Positions 12,101 through 18,531 of a stretch of DNA of 32,000 nucleotides are shown piece after piece. Origin of the DNA: Aliivibrio fischeri ES114 (GTDB taxonomy: Bacteria > Pseudomonadota > Gammaproteobacteria > Enterobacterales > Vibrionaceae); the NCBI RefSeq assembly GCF_000011805.1, contig NC_006841.2; one strand, 5' to 3'. Position 1 is the stretch's first letter, and every line of letters starts with the position of its first letter. The position numbers and the translations under genes were made by a program. The notes under the pieces are model-generated. The model saw nothing but the letters and a program-made list of their open reading frames with translations. It ran no database searches and was not told the DNA's origin.

Positions 12101-15100
12101 AATGCCTGAATCTGTATCCAATGTGATCGTCGGAGCATTCGGCGCTTGCGTATCTAAAACAAAATCCAGTGTATTTGAACCAGACACATTGCCTGCAGTA
12201 TCAGTCTCTCGAACCGTAATTGAGTTGTCGCCTTCAACCACTGCAGGAGGGGTTGGGGTTGTTGACCAACTGCCATCCGCCGCTTGATATTCAACTGTAT
12301 TACCCACTTCGCTTGGCGTTACTGTGAATGAGCCATCATTCGTAAGCAGATCACCATTACTAATACCCGAATCAACATCCAATGTGATCGTCGGAGCATT
12401 TGGCGCTTGTGTATCAAGTACAAAATCAAGTGTGCTTGAGCCAGACACATTGCCTGCGGTATCAGTCTCACGCACCACGATTGAATTATCACCTTCAACC
12501 ACAACAGGAGCATCAGTCGTCCACTCACCATTCACGAAGTACTCAACCGTATTACCATCTTCACTTGGTGTTACCGTAAACGAGCCGTCATTAGTTAATA
12601 AATCACCATCACTAATACCTGAATCAACATCCAATGTGATCGTTGGTGCATTCGGCGCTTGGGTATCTAAAACAAAATCTAATGTACTCGAGTCAGACAC
12701 ATTACCCGCAGCATCAGTCTCTCGAACCGTAATTGAGTTGTCACCTTCAACCACAGCAGGAGGGGTTGTTGACCAACTGCCATCTGCAGCCTGATATTCA
12801 ACTGTATTGCCAACTTCGCTTGGCGTTACTGTGAATGAACCATCGTTAGTTAGGAAATCATTACCCAACTTACCGCTGTCCGTATCAAGAGTAATTATTG
12901 GAGCATTCGGCGCTTGCGTATCAAGTACAAAATCTAATGTACTCGAGCCAGACACATTACCTGCCGCATCAGTTTCACGCACGGTTATTGAGTTAGCACC
13001 TTCGGTAGCGATTGGCGCATCAATCGTCCACTCACCATTAACAAAGTACTCAACCGTATTACCAACTTCGCTTGGCGTTACTATGAATGAACCATCATTC
13101 GTAAGCAGATCACCATTACTAATACCCGAGTCAGTATCCAGTGTGATAGTCGGTGCGTTCGGTGCTTGCGTATCAAGTACAAAATCAAGTGTGTTTGAGC
13201 CAGACACATTTCCCGCAGCATCAGTTTCTCGAACTATAATCGAGTTGTCGCCTTCAACTACTTCAGGAGGGGTTGTTGACCAACTGCCATCCGCAGCCTG
13301 ATATTCAACTGTATTGCCAACTTCGCTTGGCGTTACTGTGAATGAACCATCATTCGTTAATAAATCACCATTACTAATACCTGAATCTGTATCCAGTGTG
13401 ATCGTCGGAGCATTCGGTGCTTTCGTATCAAGCACAAAATCAAGCGTGCTTGAACCTGACACATTACCCGCAGCATCAGTTTCTCGAACCGTAATTGAGT
13501 TGTCGCCTTCAACTACTTCAGGAGGTGTTGTTGACCAACTGCCATCTGCAGCCTGATATTCAACGGTATTGCCATCTTCACTTGGTGTTACCGTAAACGA
13601 GCCGTCATTAGTTAATAAATCACCATCACTAATACCCGAGTCTGTATCTAGTGTGATCGTCGGAGCATTCGGTGCTTGCGTATCAAGCACAAAATCAAGT
13701 GTGCTTGAACCTGACACATTACCCGCTGCATCAGTCTCACGAACCACTATTGAATTATCACCTTCAACCACAACAGGAGCATCAGTCGTCCACGCACCAT
13801 TCACAAAGTATTCAACTGTATTACCAACTTCGCTTGGCGTTACTGTGAATGAACCGTCATTAGTTAAGAAGTCATCACCTAGCTTGCCACTATCGGTATC
13901 TAAAGTGATTATTGGTGCACTTGGAGCCTGAGTATCTAAAACAAAATCTAGTGTATTTGAACCTGAAACATTACCCGCCGCATCAGTCTCTCGAACCGTA
14001 ATTGAGTTGTCGCCTTCAACTACTTCAGGAGGGGTTGTTGACCAACTGCCATCTGCAGCCTGATATTCAACTGTATTGCCAACTTCGCTTGGCGTTACTG
14101 TGAATGAACCATCGTTAGTTAGAAAATCATTACCCAACTTACCGCTGTCCGTATCAAGAGTAATTGTTGGAGCATTCGGAGCCTGAGTATCTAAAACCAA
14201 ATCTAGTGTACTCGAGCCAGACACATTGCCTGCGGTATCAGTCTCTCGAACCGTAATTGAGTTGTCGCCTTCAACCACAGCAGGAGGGGTTGTTGACCAA
14301 CTGCCATCCGCCGCTTGATATTCAACTGTATTACCCACTTCGCTTGGCGTTACTGTGAATGAGCCATCATTCGTAAGCAGATCACCATTACTAATTCCCG
14401 AATCAACATCCAATGTGATTGTCGGAGCATTCGGAGCCTGAGTATCTAAAACAAAATCTAGTGAACTCGAGCCAGACACATTACCCGCAGCATCAGTTTC
14501 ACGAACCGTAATTGAGTTGTCGCCTTCAACCACAGCAGGAGGGATTGTTGACCAACTGCCATCCGCCGCTTGATATTCAACTGTATTGCCAACTTCGCTT
14601 GGTGTTACTGTGAATGAACCGTCATTCGTTAATAAATCACCATTACTAATACCCGAGTCAGTATCCAGAGTGATCGTCGGAGCATTCGGAGCCTGAGTAT
14701 CTAAAACAAAATCTAGCGTACTCGAGTCAGACACATTGCCCGCAGCATCAGTTTCACGCACCACGATTGAATTATCACCTTCAACCACAACAGGAGCATC
14801 AGTCGTCCACGCTCCATTCACGAAGTACTCAACCGTATTACCATCTTCGCTTGGCGTTACCGTAAACGAGCCGTCATTAGTTAATAAATCACCATCACTA
14901 ATACCTGAATCAACATCCAATGTGATCGTTGGTGCATTCGGCGCTTGGGTATCTAAAACAAAATCTAATGTACTCGAGTCAGACACATTACCCGCAGCAT
15001 CAGTCTCTCGAACCGTAATTGAGTTGTCACCTTCAACCACAGCAGGAGGTGTTGTTGACCAACTGCCATCTGCAGCCTGATATTCAACTGTATTGCCAAC

Positions 15101-17992
15101 TTCGCTTGGCGTTACTGTGAATGAACCGTCATTAGTTAAGAAGTCATCACCTAACTTGCCACTATCGGTATCTAAAGTGATCGTCGGTGGATTCGGTGGA
15201 ATTTCATCTATATCTGTTACTGTAATATCAAAGCTTTCTTGGCTTGTTGAGCCATCGGTAGAAGTGGCAATGATCGTGATAGAGTGAGAATCGGCAACTT
15301 CATGATCAAGATTGCCAATTAATGTCACTACACCTGTGGTTGCGTCGATAGCAAATAACCCAGCATCAATATCTGCTTGTGATAATGCATAAGTCACATC
15401 ATCACCATCTGGATCTGCCGCAAGACCTGTAATATTTACAACCGAGCCAATCTCAGCATTCTCTGAAACCGTATTTTCAGCAGTATTTGAATCCGTTACC
15501 GGACCCACATCGTTATCCGTGTCGCCGCCGCCCGGTGTCGAACCATCTACATCCGTCACCGCAATATCAAAGCTTTCTTGGCTTGTTGAGCCATCGGTAG
15601 AAGTGGCTATGATGGTGATAGAGTGAGAGTCTGCGACTTCATGATCTAAGTTACCAATTAATGTCACTACACCTGTAGTGGCATCAATAGCAAATAACCC
15701 AGCATCAATATCTGCTTGTGATAATGCATAAGTCACATCATCGCCATCTGGATCTGTCGCAAGACCTGTAATGTTTACGACCGTGCCAATTTCAGCATTC
15801 TCTGAAATCGTATTATCCGCTGTATTTGAATCTGTAACAGGACCTACATCGTTATCGGTATCGCCACCGCCCGGTGTCGAACCATCCGCATCCGTTACTG
15901 TAATATCAAAACTTTCTTGGCTTGTTGAGCCATCGGTAGATGTCGCAATGATGGTGATAGAGTGAGAATCGGCAACTTCATGATCAAGATTGCCAATTAA
16001 TGTCACTACACCTGTGGTTGCGTCGATAGCAAATAACCCAGCATCAATATCTGCTTGTGATAATGCATAAGTCACATCATCACCATCTGGATCTGCCGCA
16101 AGACCTGTAATATTTACAACCGAGCCAATCTCAGCATTCTCTGAAACCGTATTTTCAGCAGTATTTGAATCCGTTACCGGACCCACATCGTTATCCGTGT
16201 CGCCGCCGCCCGGTGTCGAACCATCTACATCCGTCACCGCAATATCAAAGCTTTCTTGGCTTGTTGAGCCATCGGTAGAAGTGGCTATGATGGTGATAGA
16301 GTGAGAGTCTGCGACTTCATGATCTAAGTTACCAATTAATGTCACTACACCTGTAGTGGCATCAATAGCAAATAACCCAGCATCAATATCTGCTTGTGAT
16401 AATGCATAAGTCACATCATCGCCATCTGGATCTGTCGCAAGACCTGTAATGTTTACGACCGTGCCAATTTCAGCATTCTCTGAAATCGTATTATCCGCTG
16501 TATTTGAATCTGTAACAGGACCTACATCGTTATCGGTATCGCCACCGCCCGGTGTCGAACCATCCGCATCCGTTACTGTAATATCAAAACTTTCTTGGCT
16601 TGTTGAGCCATCGGTAGATGTCGCAATGATCGTGATAGAGTGAGAATCGGCTACTTCATGATCAAGATTGCCAATTAACGTCACAACACCTGTGGTTGCA
16701 TCAATAGCAAACAGACCTTTCGCAATATCTGCATCTGAGAGCTTATAACTAACCTCATCACCGTCTGGATCTGTCGCAAGACCTGTAATGTTTACGACCG
16801 TGCCAATTTCAGCATTTTCTGACAGGGTATTTTCAGCAGTATTTGAATCTGTAACAGGACCCACATCGTTATCGGTATCGCCACCACCCGGTGTCGAACC
16901 ATCTGCATCCGTTACTGCAATATCAAAGCTTTCTTGGCTTGTTGAGCCATCGGTAGATGTCGCAATGATGGTAATAGAATGAGAATCCGCAATGTCATGA
17001 TCGAGATTGCCAATCAAGGTCACCACACCTGTGGTTGCGTCGATAGCAAATAATCCAGCGTCAATGTCGGCTTGTGATAATGCGTAAGTCACATCATCTC
17101 CATCAGGATCAACGGCAAGGCCAGTAATATTTACAACCGTGCCAATCTCAGCATTCTCTGAAATCGTATTATCCGCTGCATTCGAGTCCGTTACCGGGCC
17201 TACATCGTTATCGGTATCGCCGCCGCCCGGCGTCGAGCCATCCGCGTCCGTTACCGTAATATCAAAACTGGCTTCACTTGTTGAGCCATCGGTAGAAGTG
17301 GCAATAATAGTGATAGAGTGAGAATCGGCAACTTCATGATCAAGATTACCAATCAGTGTCACCACACCTGTGGTTGCGTCGATTTCAAATAACCCAGCAT
17401 CAATATCTGCTTGTGATAATGCATAAGTCACATCATCGCCATCTGGATCAGTCGCAAGACCTGTGATATTTACTTTATTTCCTATAATTGTATTTTCTGA
17501 AACTAGGTTCGCCCTCGTATCATCATCCACAACATTACTAATGATTGTATTATTTGTCCCTTTGAAACCTTCATTATCAATACTACCGTTTTCTCTATAG
17601 GCTTTATATTGTTCTAATAATGTTAAGCTCTGTGTTTTAGAAAAACCAATTGCTTCTAATGAAGAAGTATCAAAATCAGTTTCAGCTATAGAACTTTTAC
17701 CTATTCGTTCAATCTCAGTAGACGTTGTTAAACTTGATCCTGAATCTTCACCAGCAGCTGGTGCTTCGGTAATTAAGGAAGGATCCTCCCCATCAATAAT
17801 GGCGTTTAGAATCTCTTCAATATCCTTATTTTCTTCAGGTATATCATTAGGATCTAACGATACATTCTCATTACCATTATTAAGTAAAATTTCCCCGGGT
17901 AATACTTTATCGCCTGCATTGATTAGTTTTAAATTGCCATTTTTATCAATGACAATAAGTTGTTCTTTGCTTGCTGATATATTTAAGGCCAT
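6191..17992 (-). CDS. Giant T1SS-secreted RTX adhesin, LapA/BpfA/FrhA-like (3933 aa)
   Basis: Single uninterrupted ORF. It has an N-terminal retention-module-like segment with a PAAG motif and 7 cadherin-like 113-aa repeats. These are followed by 15 Ig-like ~85-aa repeats, two further repeat pairs, and an internal Gly/Asp Ca-binding block. A DGSESLESL segment and a VWA domain with the MIDAS motif DSSGS come next. The C-terminus carries the nonapeptide RTX repeats GNDILIGGLGDDILVGGIGDDIF and the tail GIDTIKDFTKGEDLIDITEIL, typical of the VC_A0849-subclass T1SS target domain. The protein is strongly acidic and I saw no cysteine in the translation. It is flanked by T1SS and LapD/LapG genes. Confidence 0.9.
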   Translation of the reverse strand: MALNISASKEQLIVIDKNGNLKLINAGDKVLPGEILLNNGNENVSLDPNDIPEENKDIEEILNAIIDGEDPSLITEAPAAGEDSGSSLTTSTEIERIGKSSIAETDFDTSSLEAIGFSKTQSLTLLEQYKAYRENGSIDNEGFKGTNNTIISNVVDDDTRANLVSENTIIGNKVNITGLATDPDGDDVTYALSQADIDAGLFEIDATTGVVTLIGNLDHEVADSHSITIIATSTDGSTSEASFDITVTDADGSTPGGGDTDNDVGPVTDSNAADNTISENAEIGTVVNITGLAVDPDGDDVTYALSQADIDAGLFAIDATTGVVTLIGNLDHDIADSHSITIIATSTDGSTSQESFDIAVTDADGSTPGGGDTDNDVGPVTDSNTAENTLSENAEIGTVVNITGLATDPDGDEVSYKLSDADIAKGLFAIDATTGVVTLIGNLDHEVADSHSITIIATSTDGSTSQESFDITVTDADGSTPGGGDTDNDVGPVTDSNTADNTISENAEIGTVVNITGLATDPDGDDVTYALSQADIDAGLFAIDATTGVVTLIGNLDHEVADSHSITIIATSTDGSTSQESFDIAVTDVDGSTPGGGDTDNDVGPVTDSNTAENTVSENAEIGSVVNITGLAADPDGDDVTYALSQADIDAGLFAIDATTGVVTLIGNLDHEVADSHSITIIATSTDGSTSQESFDITVTDADGSTPGGGDTDNDVGPVTDSNTADNTISENAEIGTVVNITGLATDPDGDDVTYALSQADIDAGLFAIDATTGVVTLIGNLDHEVADSHSITIIATSTDGSTSQESFDIAVTDVDGSTPGGGDTDNDVGPVTDSNTAENTVSENAEIGSVVNITGLAADPDGDDVTYALSQADIDAGLFAIDATTGVVTLIGNLDHEVADSHSITIIATSTDGSTSQESFDITVTDIDEIPPNPPTITLDTDSGKLGDDFLTNDGSFTVTPSEVGNTVEYQAADGSWSTTPPAVVEGDNSITVRETDAAGNVSDSSTLDFVLDTQAPNAPTITLDVDSGISDGDLLTNDGSFTVTPSEDGNTVEYFVNGAWTTDAPVVVEGDNSIVVRETDAAGNVSDSSTLDFVLDTQAPNAPTITLDTDSGISNGDLLTNDGSFTVTPSEVGNTVEYQAADGSWSTIPPAVVEGDNSITVRETDAAGNVSGSSSLDFVLDTQAPNAPTITLDVDSGISNGDLLTNDGSFTVTPSEVGNTVEYQAADGSWSTTPPAVVEGDNSITVRETDTAGNVSGSSTLDLVLDTQAPNAPTITLDTDSGKLGNDFLTNDGSFTVTPSEVGNTVEYQAADGSWSTTPPEVVEGDNSITVRETDAAGNVSGSNTLDFVLDTQAPSAPIITLDTDSGKLGDDFLTNDGSFTVTPSEVGNTVEYFVNGAWTTDAPVVVEGDNSIVVRETDAAGNVSGSSTLDFVLDTQAPNAPTITLDTDSGISDGDLLTNDGSFTVTPSEDGNTVEYQAADGSWSTTPPEVVEGDNSITVRETDAAGNVSGSSTLDFVLDTKAPNAPTITLDTDSGISNGDLLTNDGSFTVTPSEVGNTVEYQAADGSWSTTPPEVVEGDNSIIVRETDAAGNVSGSNTLDFVLDTQAPNAPTITLDTDSGISNGDLLTNDGSFIVTPSEVGNTVEYFVNGEWTIDAPIATEGANSITVRETDAAGNVSGSSTLDFVLDTQAPNAPIITLDTDSGKLGNDFLTNDGSFTVTPSEVGNTVEYQAADGSWSTTPPAVVEGDNSITVRETDAAGNVSDSSTLDFVLDTQAPNAPTITLDVDSGISDGDLLTNDGSFTVTPSEDGNTVEYFVNGEWTTDAPVVVEGDNSIVVRETDTAGNVSGSSTLDFVLDTQAPNAPTITLDVDSGISNGDLLTNDGSFTVTPSEVGNTVEYQAADGSWSTTPTPPAVVEGDNSITVRETDTAGNVSGSNTLDFVLDTQAPNAPTITLDTDSGISDGDLLTNDGSFTVTPSEVGNTVEYQAADGSWSTTPPAVVEGDNSITVRETDAAGNVSDSSTLDFVLDTQAPNAPTITLDTDSGISNGDLLTNDGSFTVTPSEVGNTVEYQAADGSWSTIPPAVVEGDNSITVRETDAAGNVSGSSSLDFVLDTQAPNAPTITLDVDSGISNGDLLTNDGSFTVTPSEVGNTVEYQAADGSWSTTPPAVVEGDNSITVRETDAAGNVSDSSTLDFVLDTSANAGSVIVDNITEDDVINASESGESIMVSGTAIGGDISKDDVVTMIINGQSYETTVNQDGSWSVAVDGGDLAADTEFEVSVSSSDDAGNIVESKVTSLHTVDTQTGTDGAAPTVVITEDTSPNDGLISASELVGDIDVSIGLPTGALEDEVITVSDGNTTKEIILTAAHLIAGTITTTFPSPGEGNEIKVTATLTDQYGNESETGEDVAVIDTLAEAGAVTVANITEDDVINASESGETIIVTGTAIGGDISKDDVVTMIINGQSYETVVNQDGTWSVEVAGSDLAEDTEFEVVVKSSDDAGNTVESKVTSTHTVDTDVLTETDGDGNTGITSDITDATNSGSNDDTITNDATPDITGVTEAGAKVTITYRDASDTLRTATSTASANGVYTIAILHALAEGSNLIDIVAVDLAGNTVSTTQDVTVDTKVLTETVGDGDLGITSDITDNTNTGSNSDTVTNNTTPDITGVTEAGAKVTITYTDKDGVIHTTDEVTANQNGEYTISLPYQLNEGANALTVTAIDIAGNKTEVIQDVTINADPIANDFDIQLVDDISTQFSFDAYVSDLEDDENDTDNKFVDIMITVSPEFGTLYVVDGDTRTEITSSTILTESDQIEYVLDGSINDDLSFNAQEDFAPNYSNGSVNSFTLVSGVIISGGQFTGDSPDNTSTLTPETLYYDNVAQETGLGVGNSEIDVKTKDYVEIDFSNVGSPNTTEVVITEVNMDFGSVWGNYSENSSADAKVQVLLFKDGVLVGESPYTFDDESNGIYDGSGEFTANIQLDSGFDQIRVYTIHGEGSTSPNSNLTLQGVEVVDAMVSEDIHYQATDSDDAIDTGVITISTDSTDKATNNAPIVDNSVFSETYEDVAIPLNLSELLISDLDGDDVTLTNITVDPAFGSLELIFNGNEVIGAIFTPVENKHSDSNSPVEFTVTVSDGHKTSTGTAEMIVNAQADKPTVSLVLGEPVITNSAPNFDTSDVEAIKEYFENGGTIPGVGNVTYNAAMVVADDGNNLIIGTPLGDNLIGDAVHGTGNDVFVGGGLNDSIYGGTGPLDSGIDAVIYSGSIDEYLITNQGGAHGGGVDHWVVTDTLGRDTGYDHTAPEDNGDQLYHIERLVFSDAIVELNPDGSYTIIQNVEIPLDLSASVTDLDGSESLESLVLSGLSENAVILDENKQPIGTYDEATGNWILPVGTGNQTVDFSNLSIQVPKSESDFTLKATATAIEASNSDASSGDAEATLPQDILVDQGGSLPTTLITLALDSSGSMGDVEVDDKERMQLVLESSIKLLEDIQNQPNSGTVQVQLIDFDNRHSDETNDTATSLGWYSVADAITHLQDAIEIEMISDPYYIGGGTDYSEAIYAILDGYSNDKVPNDVDLSNTNDVIYFISDGHNNEVIPADLLVQWNEFIEDKEVKAVGVINDGTNNPYLGGLTDISYNVIYIEDKELYTVLPQLKPTIGQQGALTGSLTGIANSELVIETSKINILKVIDQDGNVSSESVGINLYEEKLQLITDYGNLLINKDGSYLFQPIDNPTLIDSGKSVTYELAYTVIDGEGVEHLQQATLNVSPSDETNIQINHSLSGSTNNDLVIGSDEDDVIFAHQGNDILIGGLGDDILVGGIGDDIFKWVDQGADSGIDTIKDFTKGEDLIDITEILNDDVHQNDLNDLLEHITISEDGDDLTLSITDDAGKDHTIVVEGGIGSFGLDNANFSNQAEILTKLLDEQLFKLDDTI
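6194..6650 (-). other. C-terminal RTX nonapeptide block (about 6510-6650) and T1SS secretion signal domain (about 6194-6510) of the adhesin
   Basis: Translation GSTNNDLVIGSDEDDVIFAHQGNDILIGGLGDDILVGGIGDDIFKWVDQGADSGIDTIKDFTKGEDLIDITEIL... Confidence 0.8.
7100..7630 (-). other. von Willebrand factor A (VWA) domain of the adhesin
   Basis: The MIDAS-type motif LITLALDSSGSMGD is encoded at about 7590-7630. Later conserved elements are GGGTDYSEAI and VIYFISDGHNNE. Boundaries are approximate. Confidence 0.7.
9770..10425 (-). repeat. Two tandem ~327-bp (about 109-aa) Ig-like units inside the adhesin
   Basis: VLTETDGDGNTGITSDITDATNSGSNDDTITNDATPDITGVTEAGAKVTITY... is followed by VLTETVGDGDLGITSDITDNTNTGSNSDTVTNNTTPDITGVTEAGAKVTITY.... 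The two units are diverged at DNA level. Confidence 0.75.
10430..11375 (-). repeat. Two dispersed ~300-bp (about 100-aa) Ig-like units (about 10430-10733 and 11072-11375) separated by a unique ~113-aa spacer
   Basis: AGSVIVDNITEDDVINASESGESIMVSGTAIGGDISKDDVVTMIINGQSYETTVNQDGSWSV... versus AGAVTVANITEDDVINASESGETIIVTGTAIGGDISKDDVVTMIINGQSYETVVNQDGTWSV... Confidence 0.75.
11385..15210 (-). repeat. 15 tandem in-frame repeats of 252-258 bp (about 85-aa Ig-like units) inside the adhesin
   Basis: Unit consensus TQAPNAPTITLDTDSGISNGDLLTNDGSFTVTPSEVGNTVEYQAADGSWSTTPPAVVEGDNSITVRETDAAGNVSGSSTLDFVLD. I counted 15 units in the translation. Two alternating sub-types occur (YQAADGSWSTTPP versus YFVNGAWTTDAP; SGISNGDLL versus SGKLGDDFL). 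Confidence 0.85.
15210..17515 (-). repeat. 7 tandem in-frame repeats of 339 bp (113-aa cadherin-like units) inside the adhesin
   Basis: Unit consensus NTADNTISENAEIGTVVNITGLATDPDGDDVTYALSQADIDAGLFAIDATTGVVTLIGNLDHEVADSHSITIIATSTDGSTSQESFDITVTDADGSTPGGGDTDNDVGPVTDS. Antisense ORF starts recur at 339-bp and 678-bp offsets. Confidence 0.85.
15275..16630 (-). repeat. Apparently perfect 678-bp x 2 tandem duplication (two cadherin-like units each)
   Basis: Line-by-line comparison by eye of about 15276-15952 against about 15954-16630 found no mismatch. Identity breaks at 15953 versus 16631 (g/c) and upstream of about 15275. Confidence 0.8.
17750..17761 (-). other. Candidate LapG cleavage site (P78-A79-A80-G81) at the end of the N-terminal retention module
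   Basis: Codons CCA GCT GCT GGT, verified on the minus strand. The context is SLITEAPAAGEDSGS, and the di-alanine motif (T/P)AAG is the LapG recognition site in LapA-type adhesins. Confidence 0.6.
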
Positions 17993-18531
17993 GAAGAGAT
18001 TCCTAAATCCATTTATTCATATTAACTATCTCCATCCAAGATCATAGTTATCTACGCAATAAATTTATCACACCCTTAACATTTCATCCACAAAGTAACA
18101 TCATCAAAAACTAGATAACTAACGTATGTTATCGGTCTTTTTTTCATGATTTCTTAATTTTACGCCCGAGCTCACAAATGTGATATTTATTCCAAAATAA
18201 GTGTAAGATTATTTAACAGAGGAACTTACCTCTCTCTTTTTTAAGACAAAGAAGTTAAAAATCTCAGTTATGTGCCTAATAAAATTTGCTTTTTTATTCT
18301 GTTTTTATCGAAACCTTCAACTTTATTTTATTTTATTTGTGCAAAAATGTTACTAATTATATTTCAACAAGTTATTTTTTGCTTTTCAAGTCAACATAAC
18401 GTAGCATTTCTAACAAATAGTACACATAATAAGTACAGAGTAATGACATTATGTTATTATTAACTCATTGATAAAATTGTTAATACCTTCTTCATTTATG
18501 GTTTAAAGATACGATTATTAGGAGAAACACT
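17993..18531. promoter_or_regulatory. 539-bp very AT-rich divergent control region between the adhesin gene and the TolC-type gene
   Basis: There is no credible ORF here. Both flanking genes start at its edges, so it must hold both promoters. It contains long T/A tracts, and no individual -35/-10 pair could be assigned with confidence. Confidence 0.5.

Noticed and set aside
8649-17321. About twenty + strand ORFs of 60-164 aa antisense to the giant adhesin gene, many recurring at 255-, 339- or 678-bp offsets
   Set aside because: They lie wholly inside an 11.8-kb ORF with strong family evidence. Their periodicity simply mirrors the coding repeats. Their products are low-complexity S/V/T/P-rich strings, as expected from the reverse complement of D/T/G/V-rich codons that lack stop complements. 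No SD or independent homology signal was seen.
15301-17350. Recurrent GATC-containing motif CATGATCAAGATTGCC in the 339-bp repeats, reminiscent of Dam-methylated RctB iterons of oriCII
   Set aside because: The motif is the in-frame coding sequence for GNLDHE in every cadherin-like unit, so the protein repeat fully explains its recurrence. My memory of the iteron consensus is too imprecise to support a claim. It is worth only a quick pattern check if the true oriCII iteron sequence of this genome is known.
11385-17515. Regular tandem repeats considered as a possible CRISPR array or satellite
   Set aside because: The repeats are 252-339 bp, contiguous without unique spacers, in-frame and translated into recognisable Ig/cadherin-like domains of a single ORF. 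No cas genes are present.
17799-18047. 82-aa + strand ORF overlapping the adhesin start codon
   Set aside because: It is antisense to the well-supported adhesin N-terminus and runs into the promoter region. It has a low-complexity translation and no SD.
18172-18183. Palindrome TCACAAATGTGA in the divergent control region, CRP-like half-sites
   Set aside because: The half-sites are in the wrong order and spacing for CRP (TGTGA-N6-TCACA). A 12-bp palindrome in 539 bp of AT-rich DNA is weak evidence on its own.
18218-18242. Small hairpin AGAGG-aactta-CCTCT followed by CTC-TTTTTT on the + strand, a possible leader terminator or attenuator upstream of the TolC-type gene
   Set aside because: The stem is only 5 bp, 3 nt separate it from the T-run, and no mapped promoter lies upstream. 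This is insufficient to call an attenuator.
18272-18463. 63-aa ORF in the adhesin/TolC intergenic region
   Set aside because: It has a non-ATG (GTG) start without an SD, and its F/L/I-rich translation is typical of random AT-rich DNA. It more likely sits in promoter or leader sequence of the TolC-type gene.
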